Part shown: positions 1 through 9,369 of the stretch, in pieces | Position numbering within the stretch: position 1 is the stretch's first letter | How the letters are laid out: each line of letters begins with the position of its first letter | Assembly: GCA_963816905.1 (NCBI GenBank) | Contig: CAWFMQ010000009.1 | Location: 20,142 to 84,141 of the forward strand | DNA from: an uncultured Chloroflexia bacterium | GTDB taxonomy: Bacteria > Chloroflexota > Limnocylindria > Limnocylindrales > CSP1-4 | Length of the DNA: 64,000 bases | Direction: 5' to 3' | Notes under the pieces: model-generated | What the model saw: the letters and a program-made list of their open reading frames with translations, nothing else | Database searches by the model: none | What the model was told of the DNA's origin: nothing | Program-made: the position numbers and the translations under genes

Positions 1-118
1 GCGCGGTCCGCGTGGCGGTCGTGGACACGGCAGCGGACGGTACGACCGATCCATCCGCCGCGCCGGCGGCTGCGAACGCGAGCAACGCGAGGAGGCAGGC
101 AGCGACGACGCGCTTCAA
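1..118 (-). CDS. N-terminus of secreted protein, truncated at window edge
   Basis: TTG at 118 after a GAGGGA RBS. Reads LKRVVAACLLALLAFAAAGAADGSVVPSAAVSTT, a signal-peptide pattern. Not in the ORF track. Confidence 0.5.
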   Translation of the reverse strand, partial: MKRVVAACLLALLAFAAAGAADGSVVPSAAVSTTATRTA

Positions 119-474
119 CGATCTTCCCTCGATGCGGGCGTGCGGCCGGTCGAGTACCGGACCAGGTGCCCGACCATCATGCCACCGCGGGCGATCCCAT
201 TGGGTCAGGGTGCCTTCGCGGGGCCGGGGAGGCGGACGATCCCCGGGCCGAGCGAGCCGTACAGGGTGCCGTCCGGAGTCACGGCGACAGTGCGGATTGC
301 CAGCCCTACGCGGTGGCACGCGAGACCCCGGTGACGAATTGTGCGTGCACAGCATGACTGGGAAGGGTTCTGCCGCGTGATGCCCGGCGGATGCGAGTGG
401 GACCTGCGGGTCGCGCCAGATCATGCGCATGGAGCATGAGTTGGACGGGCCTTGGCATGGACAGGCTTCCTCCG

Positions 475-621
475 GGCGGGTCGATCGGGTGCGGCGCCCG
501 AATCCTCGCCGAGTCATCCCCATGGAGCACAAAGCGGCGGGGGCGGTTGGCCCGTGGTGGCCCTTCGGCGGGTCGATCGGGTGCGGCGCCCAAATCCTCG
601 CCGAGTCATCCCCATGGAGCA
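475..621. repeat. 55-bp direct repeat, 2 copies (475-529, 567-621)
   Basis: GGCGGGTCGATCGGGTGCGGCGCCC(G/A)AATCCTCGCCGAGTCATCCCCATGGAGCA, one mismatch, 37-bp spacer. Confidence 0.9.
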
Positions 622-717
622 GGTGCGCCCGCGTGGCTGGTCCATCCGGCGATCTACCCGGTGCCGGCCTGCGCGTTCGCGTTGCAGAATGGGCCGTTCG
701 GCGCGCACCATACCGAC

Positions 718-1785
718 ATGCACCGGATGCGCTCCCGCCTCCCGTCGGCCCGCAGGTCGGCCGCCGCGTTCGCTGCCTTTGCGCTCGTGCTCGGACTCGG
801 ACTCGGCCTGGCGCAGCCTCCCGCCGCGTCGGCCTCCGCACCCTGGAAAGGTGGCGTCGACCTGTTCCGGCCGGGTGTGTTCACGACCCAACAGACCTTG
901 CTGTGGTGTACGGCAGCCAACGTACAGATCAGTCGCAACATCGTGAGCCGAGCGGCCGACCACAGCCGTACGAGCCAGTATCGGTACTTCGCCTGGATGC
1001 GAGCCAAGAACCAGTACGCCATCCCGGTTGCCGACGGCGTCGATCCGACCGGTTGGACGGCCGGCATGCAGCACTTCGTCGACAGCCGGTACGGTCTCGT
1101 CGTCAGTCCCAGCTTCGACGTGATGCTACGTTCGGCCGTCACGAACCTCCGCGCGACGAGCCGGCCGGTTGGGCTGTTCGTCAACCGCGGCGAGCACGCC
1201 TGGCTCCTGACCGGCTTCACCGCGACGGCCGACCCGGCGGTCACGACCCAGTTCACGATCACCAGCGTGCGGGTCGTCGGGCCCCTCTACGGCCTCCAGA
1301 GCAGGAACGGCTATGACATGCGGCCTGACACGAAGCTCACCCCGACCCGGCTGCAGCACTTCGTGACGCCATGGCACTACGCGCGGACCCGGATGACATG
1401 GGAGGGCGAGTTCGTGTCGATCCAGGCGTTCGCGGCGGCGAGCCCGAGGCCGAGCCCCGGCCCGTCGGCCAGCCTGAACCCCGGCTCGACGCCATGGCCG
1501 GCGTTGACGTCCCCGAGCCCGGTCGCCGCCGCATCGCCCACGACCTCGCCGAGCTCGAGTACGGCCCCCTCCCACTCGGCGACGCCGGTCGCGGCGTCCC
1601 CGTCGTCATCGACCGCTTCGTCAGCGCCGTCCCCGGACGTCGCAGGTCCCGAACCGTCAACCGCTCCCTCCGACCTGATCGGCGGTTCCGGAGTGCCGAA
1701 CGGTCCCTCATCCGGCCTGCTTCTCATCGTCGGCCTCGCGTCGTGTGTCGCGGGGGGTGTGTACCTGCTTCTCCGCAGAGGCTGA
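718..1785 (+). CDS. Secreted papain-like (C39-like) Cys-His domain protein with Ser/Pro/Thr linker and C-terminal TM anchor
   Basis: Signal peptide AAAFAAFALVLGLGLGLA, WCTAA (Cys), GEHAWLLTG (His), S/P-rich linker, C-terminal LLLIVGLASCVAGGVYLLLRRG. Start reassigned from 391 to ATG 718 (or 727). Confidence 0.6.
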   Translation: MHRMRSRLPSARRSAAAFAAFALVLGLGLGLAQPPAASASAPWKGGVDLFRPGVFTTQQTLLWCTAANVQISRNIVSRAADHSRTSQYRYFAWMRAKNQYAIPVADGVDPTGWTAGMQHFVDSRYGLVVSPSFDVMLRSAVTNLRATSRPVGLFVNRGEHAWLLTGFTATADPAVTTQFTITSVRVVGPLYGLQSRNGYDMRPDTKLTPTRLQHFVTPWHYARTRMTWEGEFVSIQAFAAASPRPSPGPSASLNPGSTPWPALTSPSPVAAASPTTSPSSSTAPSHSATPVAASPSSSTASSAPSPDVAGPEPSTAPSDLIGGSGVPNGPSSGLLLIVGLASCVAGGVYLLLRRG

Positions 1786-2040
1786 CCTCACGCGGAAAGC
1801 CCAGCAGCGCTCCCCGGACCGTGAGGCTGCTGCGCGTGCCGGCGCAGCAGCACAAAGCTGCCTGCCGTTGCCGCGTGCGGCGCCACCCGGATCGAGTGGC
1901 CGGGGCGCCGGCAGGTGCGACCCGCCCGGGCTTCTGCCGGGCGTTGGCGGGTGACATCCGTCGCCGCCGCGCCATCACGCCGCGCGTCGGAGCAGTGTTC
2001 GGCCACGAATGCTTCCCAAACCAGGCAACGCGGCCGGATC

Positions 2041-2077
2041 GTCCGCGGGCCGCAGTCTGACACGGCGGCCCGCGGAC
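2041..2077. terminator. 13-bp perfect inverted repeat between convergent genes
   Basis: GTCCGCGGGCCGC-N11-GCGGCCCGCGGAC. No U-tract. Confidence 0.45.
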
Positions 2078-2160
2078 CTGGGCGGGGGCGGACGACCGCG
2101 TCGATCGGCCGGGGCCCCGATGTCCTGTCCCTGGTTGCGGCCATACCGTGGCCACCAGGG

Positions 2161-4881
2161 TCAGCCTGCGCAGAACTCCTTCAGGCATCGCCGCAGGGCG
2201 TCCACCTGGATGCCCATCGACTCGAGCCGCTTCTGTGCCTCTGGTCCGATCGCGCTCTCCAGCATGCACGCGATCAATGCGCACAGCTGCTGGTCGCACG
2301 GCCGGGGATTGTCGACCGTCCGCGGGGGCCGATGGTCCCCGCCCTCCCACAGCATTCCCGTGAGGACCTGGTGCCGGGTGAATGGCGCCCCTCTGAGCGT
2401 CGTCCCGACGGCCTGGACATTGAAGGTGTAGATCCCGGCGAGGGACCCGACGAGCGACCGCTCGAAGACGCCGGGGGCGACCTCGGGCAGCGGCAACGAT
2501 GCGGTCGTGCCGTCAGGCCATTCGAGGTTGGCGATGACCGTGGCACGCCCGTCGACCGGGACACCGTACTCGCTCAGGAGCACGCGCAGCGTCAACGTTG
2601 CGCCCGGCAGGTTGCTCGACTGCGAGAGCGATGGCGACATCCGCAGGTTCGAGAACGTGTGGACATTGAGGTTGTACCGCAGCCCGTGCGCCAGCGCCTC
2701 CCGCAGCTCCCGCTGCGCGTTCAACTGGTCCCGGTTGAGCGAAGAGATGTACTTCTTGAAGCCCGCGTTGTCGAGTTCGAGGATGGCCTTCCACGTTCCG
2801 ACAGGCGCAACGCCTCCCGGCAGTGGAGCGGGCAGTGCGACCCGGTAATACGCGTCGTTCTGGGCTGTCGCGAAGAGGCCCCCGGGCAGCCCGCTTGCCA
2901 CCGCCGGATCGATCACCTGTCCGTCGGGCGCCTCCAGCGTGAACCGGACCGCCCACGGCGCGGGTGTCAACAGGATCGTGTTCGCCTCGATGTCGGCCTC
3001 ATTCAGTACGAACGGAATGACATGTCTCTGGCCTGCGGCAAGCCACCCGTCGGGGTCCAGGACGATGTCGTTGTTCGTAACGCTGGCCAAGATCTGCAGG
3101 TAGTACTTGGAGAGCCGGTAGTAGTCGTTGGCATCGAGGGTCCCGGTCATCAGCAGGTACCCGCCGGTGCCGTTCGTGAGCGCAGAGAGGGCGACCGGAT
3201 CGATCTCGCTCGCCGTTCCGAGCCCGATCGCGAACACTCGGTCGTTGATCAGGCCGATGACGTCGGCGATGTACTTGGAGTCCGTCTCCTGGCCGTCGGT
3301 GAGGACGATCATTGCCCTGGCGTCATAACCCGTCACAGGCGCCAGGCGATTGTGTGCCAGTTCGACCCCGTCGCCGATGGCGGTCGAGCCGGCGGGATTC
3401 GGCGTGTGCGCGGAGATCGCCGCCTTGGCGGCGACGCGGCCAGCGCCGAACACCGGGGGCCCCGCGACCGTAACGGGCATGACATCGTGGCCGTCCTGGT
3501 CGAAGCTCACGATGCCGACCGCGTCGTCGTCTGGAAGCAGATCGGCGAACGGCAGGGCTGAATTGTGGAGCACGTCGACCCTTCGACGACCGTCGCCGGC
3601 GTCCCAGTCCATGCTGCCGGATCGGTCGAGCACGAGCTCGACGACGACCTTCGGCCGTTGAACGGTGTTCGCCGTGATCGGAATGACGTAGTCGATGCCC
3701 GTCTCCTCGCACCGGACCGTGACCGTTCCGGTGGCAGAGTCGCCCGGAGCAGTCCCGGTGTAGGAAATCCAGGCGAACGCGTCTCGCACCGGGGGATTCC
3801 CGGGAGAGTTGAAGACTGTGCCCAGGGGCGTACCGAACGACGTCGCCGGAGGGCCCGAGGTCACGGTTGGCCCGCTCACGATCCGGAACGTCATGTCGAC
3901 GCAGGAGCTCACCGCGAACCGCGCGGCGCGGACAGTGGTCGTGCCTTCGGGTACGTCATTGAAGGCGATGGTCGGCGTCGCAAGCGTGACCGTCGTGGGT
4001 TGCGCGTACGGTGCCAGGACCGTTCGGATGCGCGCGCGGCAGACACCGCAGAAGGCCGAGAGGTCCCGCATCATGCAGCGGAATGTCGGTCGCCAGGCGC
4101 CGCAGTGGTTGTACCCGGCGCCTTCCCACGCGCCGATCGTCTCGGCTGTCACTCCGGCCGGCACACCCTGCGTGTCGCAGTCGGAGCAGTTGGCGTTGGT
4201 GGTGGTCGGCATCGGGGTCGCTGCCGCAACCAGGGACGCCCACTTGATGGTGGCCCGATCGCTGGTGGCCGAGATGTTCGCCTGTGCGAACTCGGGTCCC
4301 GTGTAGTGATCGTGGCCGGCTTCGCCGGTTCCACAGCCCTGCCAGTAGTCGTATTCGTCGGCGAGTCCGAACACGGCATGACCCATCTCGTGCATGGCCA
4401 CGCCGAGCCAGTTGCCACCCTTTGACGTCACCGCGACCGCGCCGCCCGAACCCCCGTAGGTCGTGCTGTTGACGATGACGACGATGCGATCGTGATGCGT
4501 GACGTGCGCGTCCACCACGTTGATGACCGACCCGGAGTCGACGGTCAGGAGGCGTTCGATGACTCCGTCGCCGCAGAAGGTGGCATCGAAATAGGTCGCC
4601 CTGCTGACGCCACCACCGCCACACGTCGTGGGGTCGTCTGCGCCGCTGTCGGTGGATGCCACGTCGATCCTGTAGACGTTGAAGGCGCAGCGCAGGTCCA
4701 ACTCATCCAGGGGCGGCGTCGTGAACATGTGGTCGACGAGATCCTGGCAATCCTGGTGAAACTGCGCGAGCTCCGAGTTCTGATAGCCCTCGGCAACCAG
4801 GACGAGGGTGTATCGAGCTGTGTCAGGCCCGTTGTCGACGATCTTGGTGGCGCCGATGACCGATCCGTCGGACGTGCTCAC
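2161..4881 (-). CDS. M64 (IgA peptidase-like) metallopeptidase fused to a beta-rich linker and vWA domain
   Basis: KIVDNGPD..LVLVAEGY, FNVYRIDVAS.DSG, HEMGH..GLADEY, Cys-rich CMM..FCGVC. MIDAS motif DRSGSMD..T..TDG. Confidence 0.85.
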   Translation of the reverse strand: MSTSDGSVIGATKIVDNGPDTARYTLVLVAEGYQNSELAQFHQDCQDLVDHMFTTPPLDELDLRCAFNVYRIDVASTDSGADDPTTCGGGGVSRATYFDATFCGDGVIERLLTVDSGSVINVVDAHVTHHDRIVVIVNSTTYGGSGGAVAVTSKGGNWLGVAMHEMGHAVFGLADEYDYWQGCGTGEAGHDHYTGPEFAQANISATSDRATIKWASLVAAATPMPTTTNANCSDCDTQGVPAGVTAETIGAWEGAGYNHCGAWRPTFRCMMRDLSAFCGVCRARIRTVLAPYAQPTTVTLATPTIAFNDVPEGTTTVRAARFAVSSCVDMTFRIVSGPTVTSGPPATSFGTPLGTVFNSPGNPPVRDAFAWISYTGTAPGDSATGTVTVRCEETGIDYVIPITANTVQRPKVVVELVLDRSGSMDWDAGDGRRRVDVLHNSALPFADLLPDDDAVGIVSFDQDGHDVMPVTVAGPPVFGAGRVAAKAAISAHTPNPAGSTAIGDGVELAHNRLAPVTGYDARAMIVLTDGQETDSKYIADVIGLINDRVFAIGLGTASEIDPVALSALTNGTGGYLLMTGTLDANDYYRLSKYYLQILASVTNNDIVLDPDGWLAAGQRHVIPFVLNEADIEANTILLTPAPWAVRFTLEAPDGQVIDPAVASGLPGGLFATAQNDAYYRVALPAPLPGGVAPVGTWKAILELDNAGFKKYISSLNRDQLNAQRELREALAHGLRYNLNVHTFSNLRMSPSLSQSSNLPGATLTLRVLLSEYGVPVDGRATVIANLEWPDGTTASLPLPEVAPGVFERSLVGSLAGIYTFNVQAVGTTLRGAPFTRHQVLTGMLWEGGDHRPPRTVDNPRPCDQQLCALIACMLESAIGPEAQKRLESMGIQVDALRRCLKEFCAG

Positions 4882-5321
4882 CGATCGGCCCCCCTGCCCT
4901 CTTCCTTCAGACCGAAGCGGGCCAGTTCCTCTGCCGCTGCGAAACCCTCCTGGGCAGGCGGACTGCCGAAGAGGGCCACCGACGTTGCCTCGGGGATGTC
5001 GGGCACCACGACCATGAAGTCGCCCTTTGGTTCAGCGGTGCGCTGCATCGTGAACGGGTGATCCTTGTCACCCGTGTACACGGCGATGCCGGCGGACATC
5101 GGGTTCTCGCCGAAGACCCTGCGGTACACGACCTGCTCTTCGCCGTCGAGCAGGTCGACCCAGAACCCGGCCATGGGTTCCTGCCGTTCATCCCGCTTCG
5201 GGAAGCGGTCGGATGGCGGAGCCACCATGCTCAGCCACTGTTTCCGCAGCAGGCGAACGTCGCGGCCCTCGAAGGCGAACAACAACCTCACGGCGCTGCG
5301 GTGAATACCCTGATCGCTCAT
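4878..5321 (-). CDS. Hypothetical 147-aa protein translationally coupled to the M64-vWA gene
   Basis: 4-bp overlap with the downstream start, normal codon usage, globular beta-rich sequence. Confidence 0.75.
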   Translation of the reverse strand: MSDQGIHRSAVRLLFAFEGRDVRLLRKQWLSMVAPPSDRFPKRDERQEPMAGFWVDLLDGEEQVVYRRVFGENPMSAGIAVYTGDKDHPFTMQRTAEPKGDFMVVVPDIPEATSVALFGSPPAQEGFAAAEELARFGLKEEGRGADR

Positions 5322-5645
5322 GGGTCTTCCCCTTTCTGCGCCGGCGCCCCTGCCCGAACGGCACCGCAGCCGCAGCGAAAGCGTCGGGCCCGCGTCGCCG
5401 CAACTCGATTATCCTCGGGTGCGTCAAGCCGAACCCCCAGGCGCCGGGGGGAATTACCGGCCCCTGTGTTGACACCTCGGGCGGATCACGAAATCCTGCC
5501 GCGGCTGCGACTTGCGGATCGCGATGCGGGGCGCACGCCCCGGGTCAGCGTCGGCCAACCGCCCGGACATCTGCATGCGATCGAGTCGCGCCACGGAATG
5601 CCCGCGCCGCAGACCCTCCGCCAGCGCCGCTTGCCGCGATCCCGG

Positions 5646-6635
5646 TCAGCGGCGGGCGGGATCCGGCAGGGGGTCGTGGCCGCCGGACAACTTCACGATC
5701 AGGTCCCAGAGGCGCCGGCGGTCGCCGGCGGTCACGCGCGTCGACGGGACCCGATCGAACGGCCTGGGCCGGCGGTCGAGGAAGAGCTTTCCGCGCTGCG
5801 TCCCGGCGTCAGGGTGGGCGGCCAGCCAGACGATCGTGTCGATCCCCTGCGCAGGCGATCGCAGGAGCCGGTGCATGAGCCGGTAGAAGCCGGGCAGCAA
5901 ATCGGCGAGGCCCGGCGTGTCGACCCATCCCGGATGCATGGCGTTGACGGTCACGCTGGTCCCGGCAAGGCGGCGTGCCCATTCGCGAGCGAGCGACACC
6001 TGGGTGCGCTTCGCGCGAGCGTAGGCACGCGGCCCGGAAAACGCCGTCGTCTCCCGCTGCAGATCGTCCAGGTCGAGCGACTGGGTGTACATGCCGCCCG
6101 ACGTCACCGCGATGACACGAGCGCCCTCGGACCGGCGCAGCAGCGGCAGGAGGCCGGCGATCAGGGCGAACGGCCCGACGACGAGCACGGCGAGCGTCGC
6201 CTCGATCCCGTCGGGGCTCAGCACCCGCTCCGGGTAGATCGCGCCGGCGTTGTCGACGACGATGTCGAGCCGAGGCTCGGTCTCGATGATCCGCGCAACC
6301 GCGGCGCGGACCGAAGCGAGCGACGCCATGTCTGCCAGGACGATCGGGAAGCGGTCCTCCCCGTACGTTCCGAGGAGTTCGTCGCGAACCCGGGTGACGC
6401 GCTCCTCGCTGCGGCCAACCAGGATGACGCGCGCCCCCAGGTCGGCGAGCGCGCCGGCCGTGGCTCGACCAAGACCGGACGTCGGGCCGGTGACGAGGGC
6501 CGTCCGACCGACGAGCGCACCGGGCGGCGGCGCGGTCCAGCGGAACAGGCGTCGCCGGATCGGCGGTCCGAGCCGGCTGAAGCTGCCGACGATCGACAGC
6601 TCGAGCATCGCGTCGACGATCGAACGGGGTTCCAT
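5646..6635 (-). CDS. Short-chain dehydrogenase/reductase (DHRS12-like)
   Basis: TGPTSGLG, DMASLASV, VDNAG, YARAK, NAMHPGWVDTPG. Start reassigned to ATG 6635. Confidence 0.9.
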   Translation of the reverse strand: MEPRSIVDAMLELSIVGSFSRLGPPIRRRLFRWTAPPPGALVGRTALVTGPTSGLGRATAGALADLGARVILVGRSEERVTRVRDELLGTYGEDRFPIVLADMASLASVRAAVARIIETEPRLDIVVDNAGAIYPERVLSPDGIEATLAVLVVGPFALIAGLLPLLRRSEGARVIAVTSGGMYTQSLDLDDLQRETTAFSGPRAYARAKRTQVSLAREWARRLAGTSVTVNAMHPGWVDTPGLADLLPGFYRLMHRLLRSPAQGIDTIVWLAAHPDAGTQRGKLFLDRRPRPFDRVPSTRVTAGDRRRLWDLIVKLSGGHDPLPDPARR

Positions 6636-6681
6636 GGGCAACTCCTCTGGCGGCGGGGGCGATCGAACGGCCCGCCCAACC

Positions 6682-6750
6682 TTGTACAAACGCTTGACAG
6701 AATGGCCTGCTTGCGCCATCATGCCACAAACACTGAACAAACAGTGGACA
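6682..6750. promoter_or_regulatory. Divergent promoter with sigma70-like TTGACA-17-CATCAT and 11-bp-phased TnnACA repeats
   Basis: TTGACA 6694-6699 and CATCAT 6717-6722. TGTACA 6683 / TTGACA 6694 and TGAACA 6734 / TGGACA 6745 are each 11 bp apart. Confidence 0.55.
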
Positions 6751-6780
6751 CGCACAAAGCGGAACGGAGCAGGCCAAGGG

Positions 6781-7311
6781 ATGCCGACACTCAACGAGCG
6801 GATCGATACTTCTCTCCCGATCGACGACGCCTTCGACTTCGTCGCCGACTTCGCCAACTCCTCGCAGTGGGATCCGGGCGTCGCGACCTCCGAGCGCGTC
6901 GACGGCGATCTCGTCGGTGTCGGTTCCCGGTACCGGCTCGGCGTCCGGATGCGAGGGCGAGTCGCGCCGATGGAGTACCGGACCACCGTCTTCGACCCGC
7001 CCAGCCGCGTGGTGCTCGAGGGCCGGGGCTCCGGCGTCGCGGCAGTGGACGACATCACCTTCGCGTCGACCGAGTCCGGCACCCGGATCGGCTACGTCGC
7101 CCACATCCGCCTCACCGGCGCGATGCGCCTCGTCGCGCCGTTCGCGGGCGGCACCTTCGCCAGGATCGCCCGGGACGCACGCGACGGGATGCAGCGGACG
7201 CTCGACGAGCGAGCCGCTGCCCGGCGGGCCGTGTCGGCCAGCCAGCCCGCCCCGAACGATGAGCCCGCGCCTGCCGTCGAGCCCGTGCTCGCCGAAGGCG
7301 GCGCCAGGTGA
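6781..7311 (+). CDS. SRPBCC/polyketide cyclase family protein
   Basis: DAFDFVADFANSSQWDPGV..GVGSRYRL. Overlaps the next start (GTGA). Confidence 0.85.
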   Translation: MPTLNERIDTSLPIDDAFDFVADFANSSQWDPGVATSERVDGDLVGVGSRYRLGVRMRGRVAPMEYRTTVFDPPSRVVLEGRGSGVAAVDDITFASTESGTRIGYVAHIRLTGAMRLVAPFAGGTFARIARDARDGMQRTLDERAAARRAVSASQPAPNDEPAPAVEPVLAEGGAR

Positions 7312-8601
7312 ACATCGCCGTTATCGGGGCCGGTGTCAGCGGCCTGACCGCCGCATATGCGATGCGCCGGGATCACCGGGTCACGCTGTTCGAGGGGGAC
7401 GCGGCCGCCGGCGGTCACGTCAAGACCGTGGTCGTGGACACGGAGCAGGGGCCGGTCACGGTCGATACCGGTTTCATCGTCTACAACGAGCACACCTATC
7501 CGCGTCTTGTGGCCCTGCTTGCGGAACTCGGCGTCGAGACGCAGCCGAGCGACATGTCGCTCGGCTCGGCCTGCGAGCCTGCGGGATCGCGTTCAGCTCG
7601 CGGGGCACGGGGGGCTACTTCGCGGACCCGTCGGCGCTCGCGCGGCCCGTGCACTGGCGCATGTTCGCCGACATCGCCCGGTTCTACCGCGATGCACGGA
7701 GGGAGCTCGACGCCCCCGAGCCGACACGGGCGACGCTCGGCGAGTGGCTCGACGAACGGGGATACGGGCGCGGGTTTCGGGACCACTTCCTGGTGCCCGT
7801 CGACCTCCGCCGTCTGGTCGACGGCCGCCGATCGGATCCTCGATTTCCCGGTCGACTACCTCCTCCACTTCCTCGACAACCACGGGCTCATCGGCCTCGC
7901 GACGCTCGCTCCAGTGGCGCATCATCCCGGCGGCTCGCACCAGTACGTGAGCGAATCGTAGACGCACTCGGGCCGGGCTCCGTCCGCGCCGGCAGCGCCG
8001 TGTCGGCCGTCCTTCGCGACCCGTTCGGCGTCACCGTCCGCACGGAGGACGGTGACTCGGATCGGTTCGATGCGGTCGTCATGGCAACGCACGCGGACGA
8101 CGCGCTCCGCCTGCTGGGCGATGCGGACGGTCGCGAGCGCGGCGTCCTCGGACGCGTTCGAGTACTCGACGAACCAGGTCGTCCTCCACACGGACGCAGC
8201 GCATCCTGCCGGCCCGCCGTCGCGCCTGGGGCTCGTGGAACATCGCACACGCAGGATTGCAGGCACGCCCGGCGAGGCGCTGACAATGACGTACCACATG
8301 AACCGGCTGCAGTCCCTTCCCGGGCCCGTCCAGTACTGCGTCTCGGTGAACCCAGGGGAACGGATCCGCCCGGAGAAGGTGATCGTGGAGCGCGCCATGA
8401 GCCATCCGATGTACACGTTCAGGACGCTCGACGCGCAGGCGGGGCTGCGGGAGCTCCAGGGCCACCGGCAGACCTGGTACGCCGGAGCCCATCTCGGATA
8501 CGGCTTCCACGAGGACGGCTGTCGTTCGGGCTTCGAGGTCGCCGAGATGCTGGTCGGCCGTGCGAGGCGGAGCGGGACGGCGACGCGAGCGGGCCGCGTG
8601 A
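7308..8601 (+). CDS. FAD-dependent oxidoreductase (amine-oxidase-like, UfaD-type desaturase), frameshifted
   Basis: [66 protein letters not shown] across several frames. Confidence 0.85.
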
Positions 8602-9369
8602 ACTCGCACCTCCTGGAGGGGAAGGTCCGGCATCGCCGCGCCCGGCCGTGCGTCTACGAGCTCGAGCACGACGTGTACTACTTCGCGCTCGATCTCTCCG
8701 AACTCGACGAGGTGGTCGGGCGGCTGCGCCTGCTCGGTCGCAACCGCCGGAGCGTCGTGACGTTCCGCGACGGCGACCACCTGCCCGCAGCCGGCGACCG
8801 ACCTCGATGCCGACGTCCGGACCCACCTTCAGACCGAGGGCGTGGAGCGCCGAGGGCTGGCAGGTCACGCTGATCGACGAACCTGCGGGTCCTCGGCTAT
8901 GTCTTCAATCCGGCGAGCTTCTACCTCTGCCGGGATCGAGGATGGCGTGCTTCGCGTCGTCGTCGTGGAGGTCCACAACACGTTCGGCGAGCGGCACCTC
9001 TACACGCTGCGGCCGGGGGCGGCGGGCGATACGCTTCATGCGCGTCCATGGAGAAGGACTTCTACGTCTCGCCGTTCATCGACATGGAGGGTCGCTACAC
9101 GGTCACCGTCCGCGAAGACGGCGAGCGGCCTGCGGATCGGGATCAACCAGCAGGGGGCCGATGGGCCGCTGCTCGCCACGAGCCTGGTCCTGCGGCGGAG
9201 GCCCCTGGGCGATCGAACCCTGGCGCGGATGCTGCTGCGGCACCCGCTGATCAGCCACAAGACGATCGGGATGATCCACTGGCATGCGCTGCGGCTGTGG
9301 CTGCGCGGCGCGCGGTTCCATCCGCACGGCCAGGCAGGGCGAGCGGCCGCGGGGCAGGCAGCGAGATGA
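8598..9369 (+). CDS. DUF1365 family protein, frameshifted
   Basis: [56 protein letters not shown]. Confidence 0.85.

Noticed and set aside
475-621. 55-bp repeat pair as a CRISPR array
   Set aside because: Only two copies, repeat too long, no cas genes.
1440-1680. Repetitive DNA in the secreted protease gene
   Set aside because: Explained by the Ser/Pro/Thr linker coding sequence.
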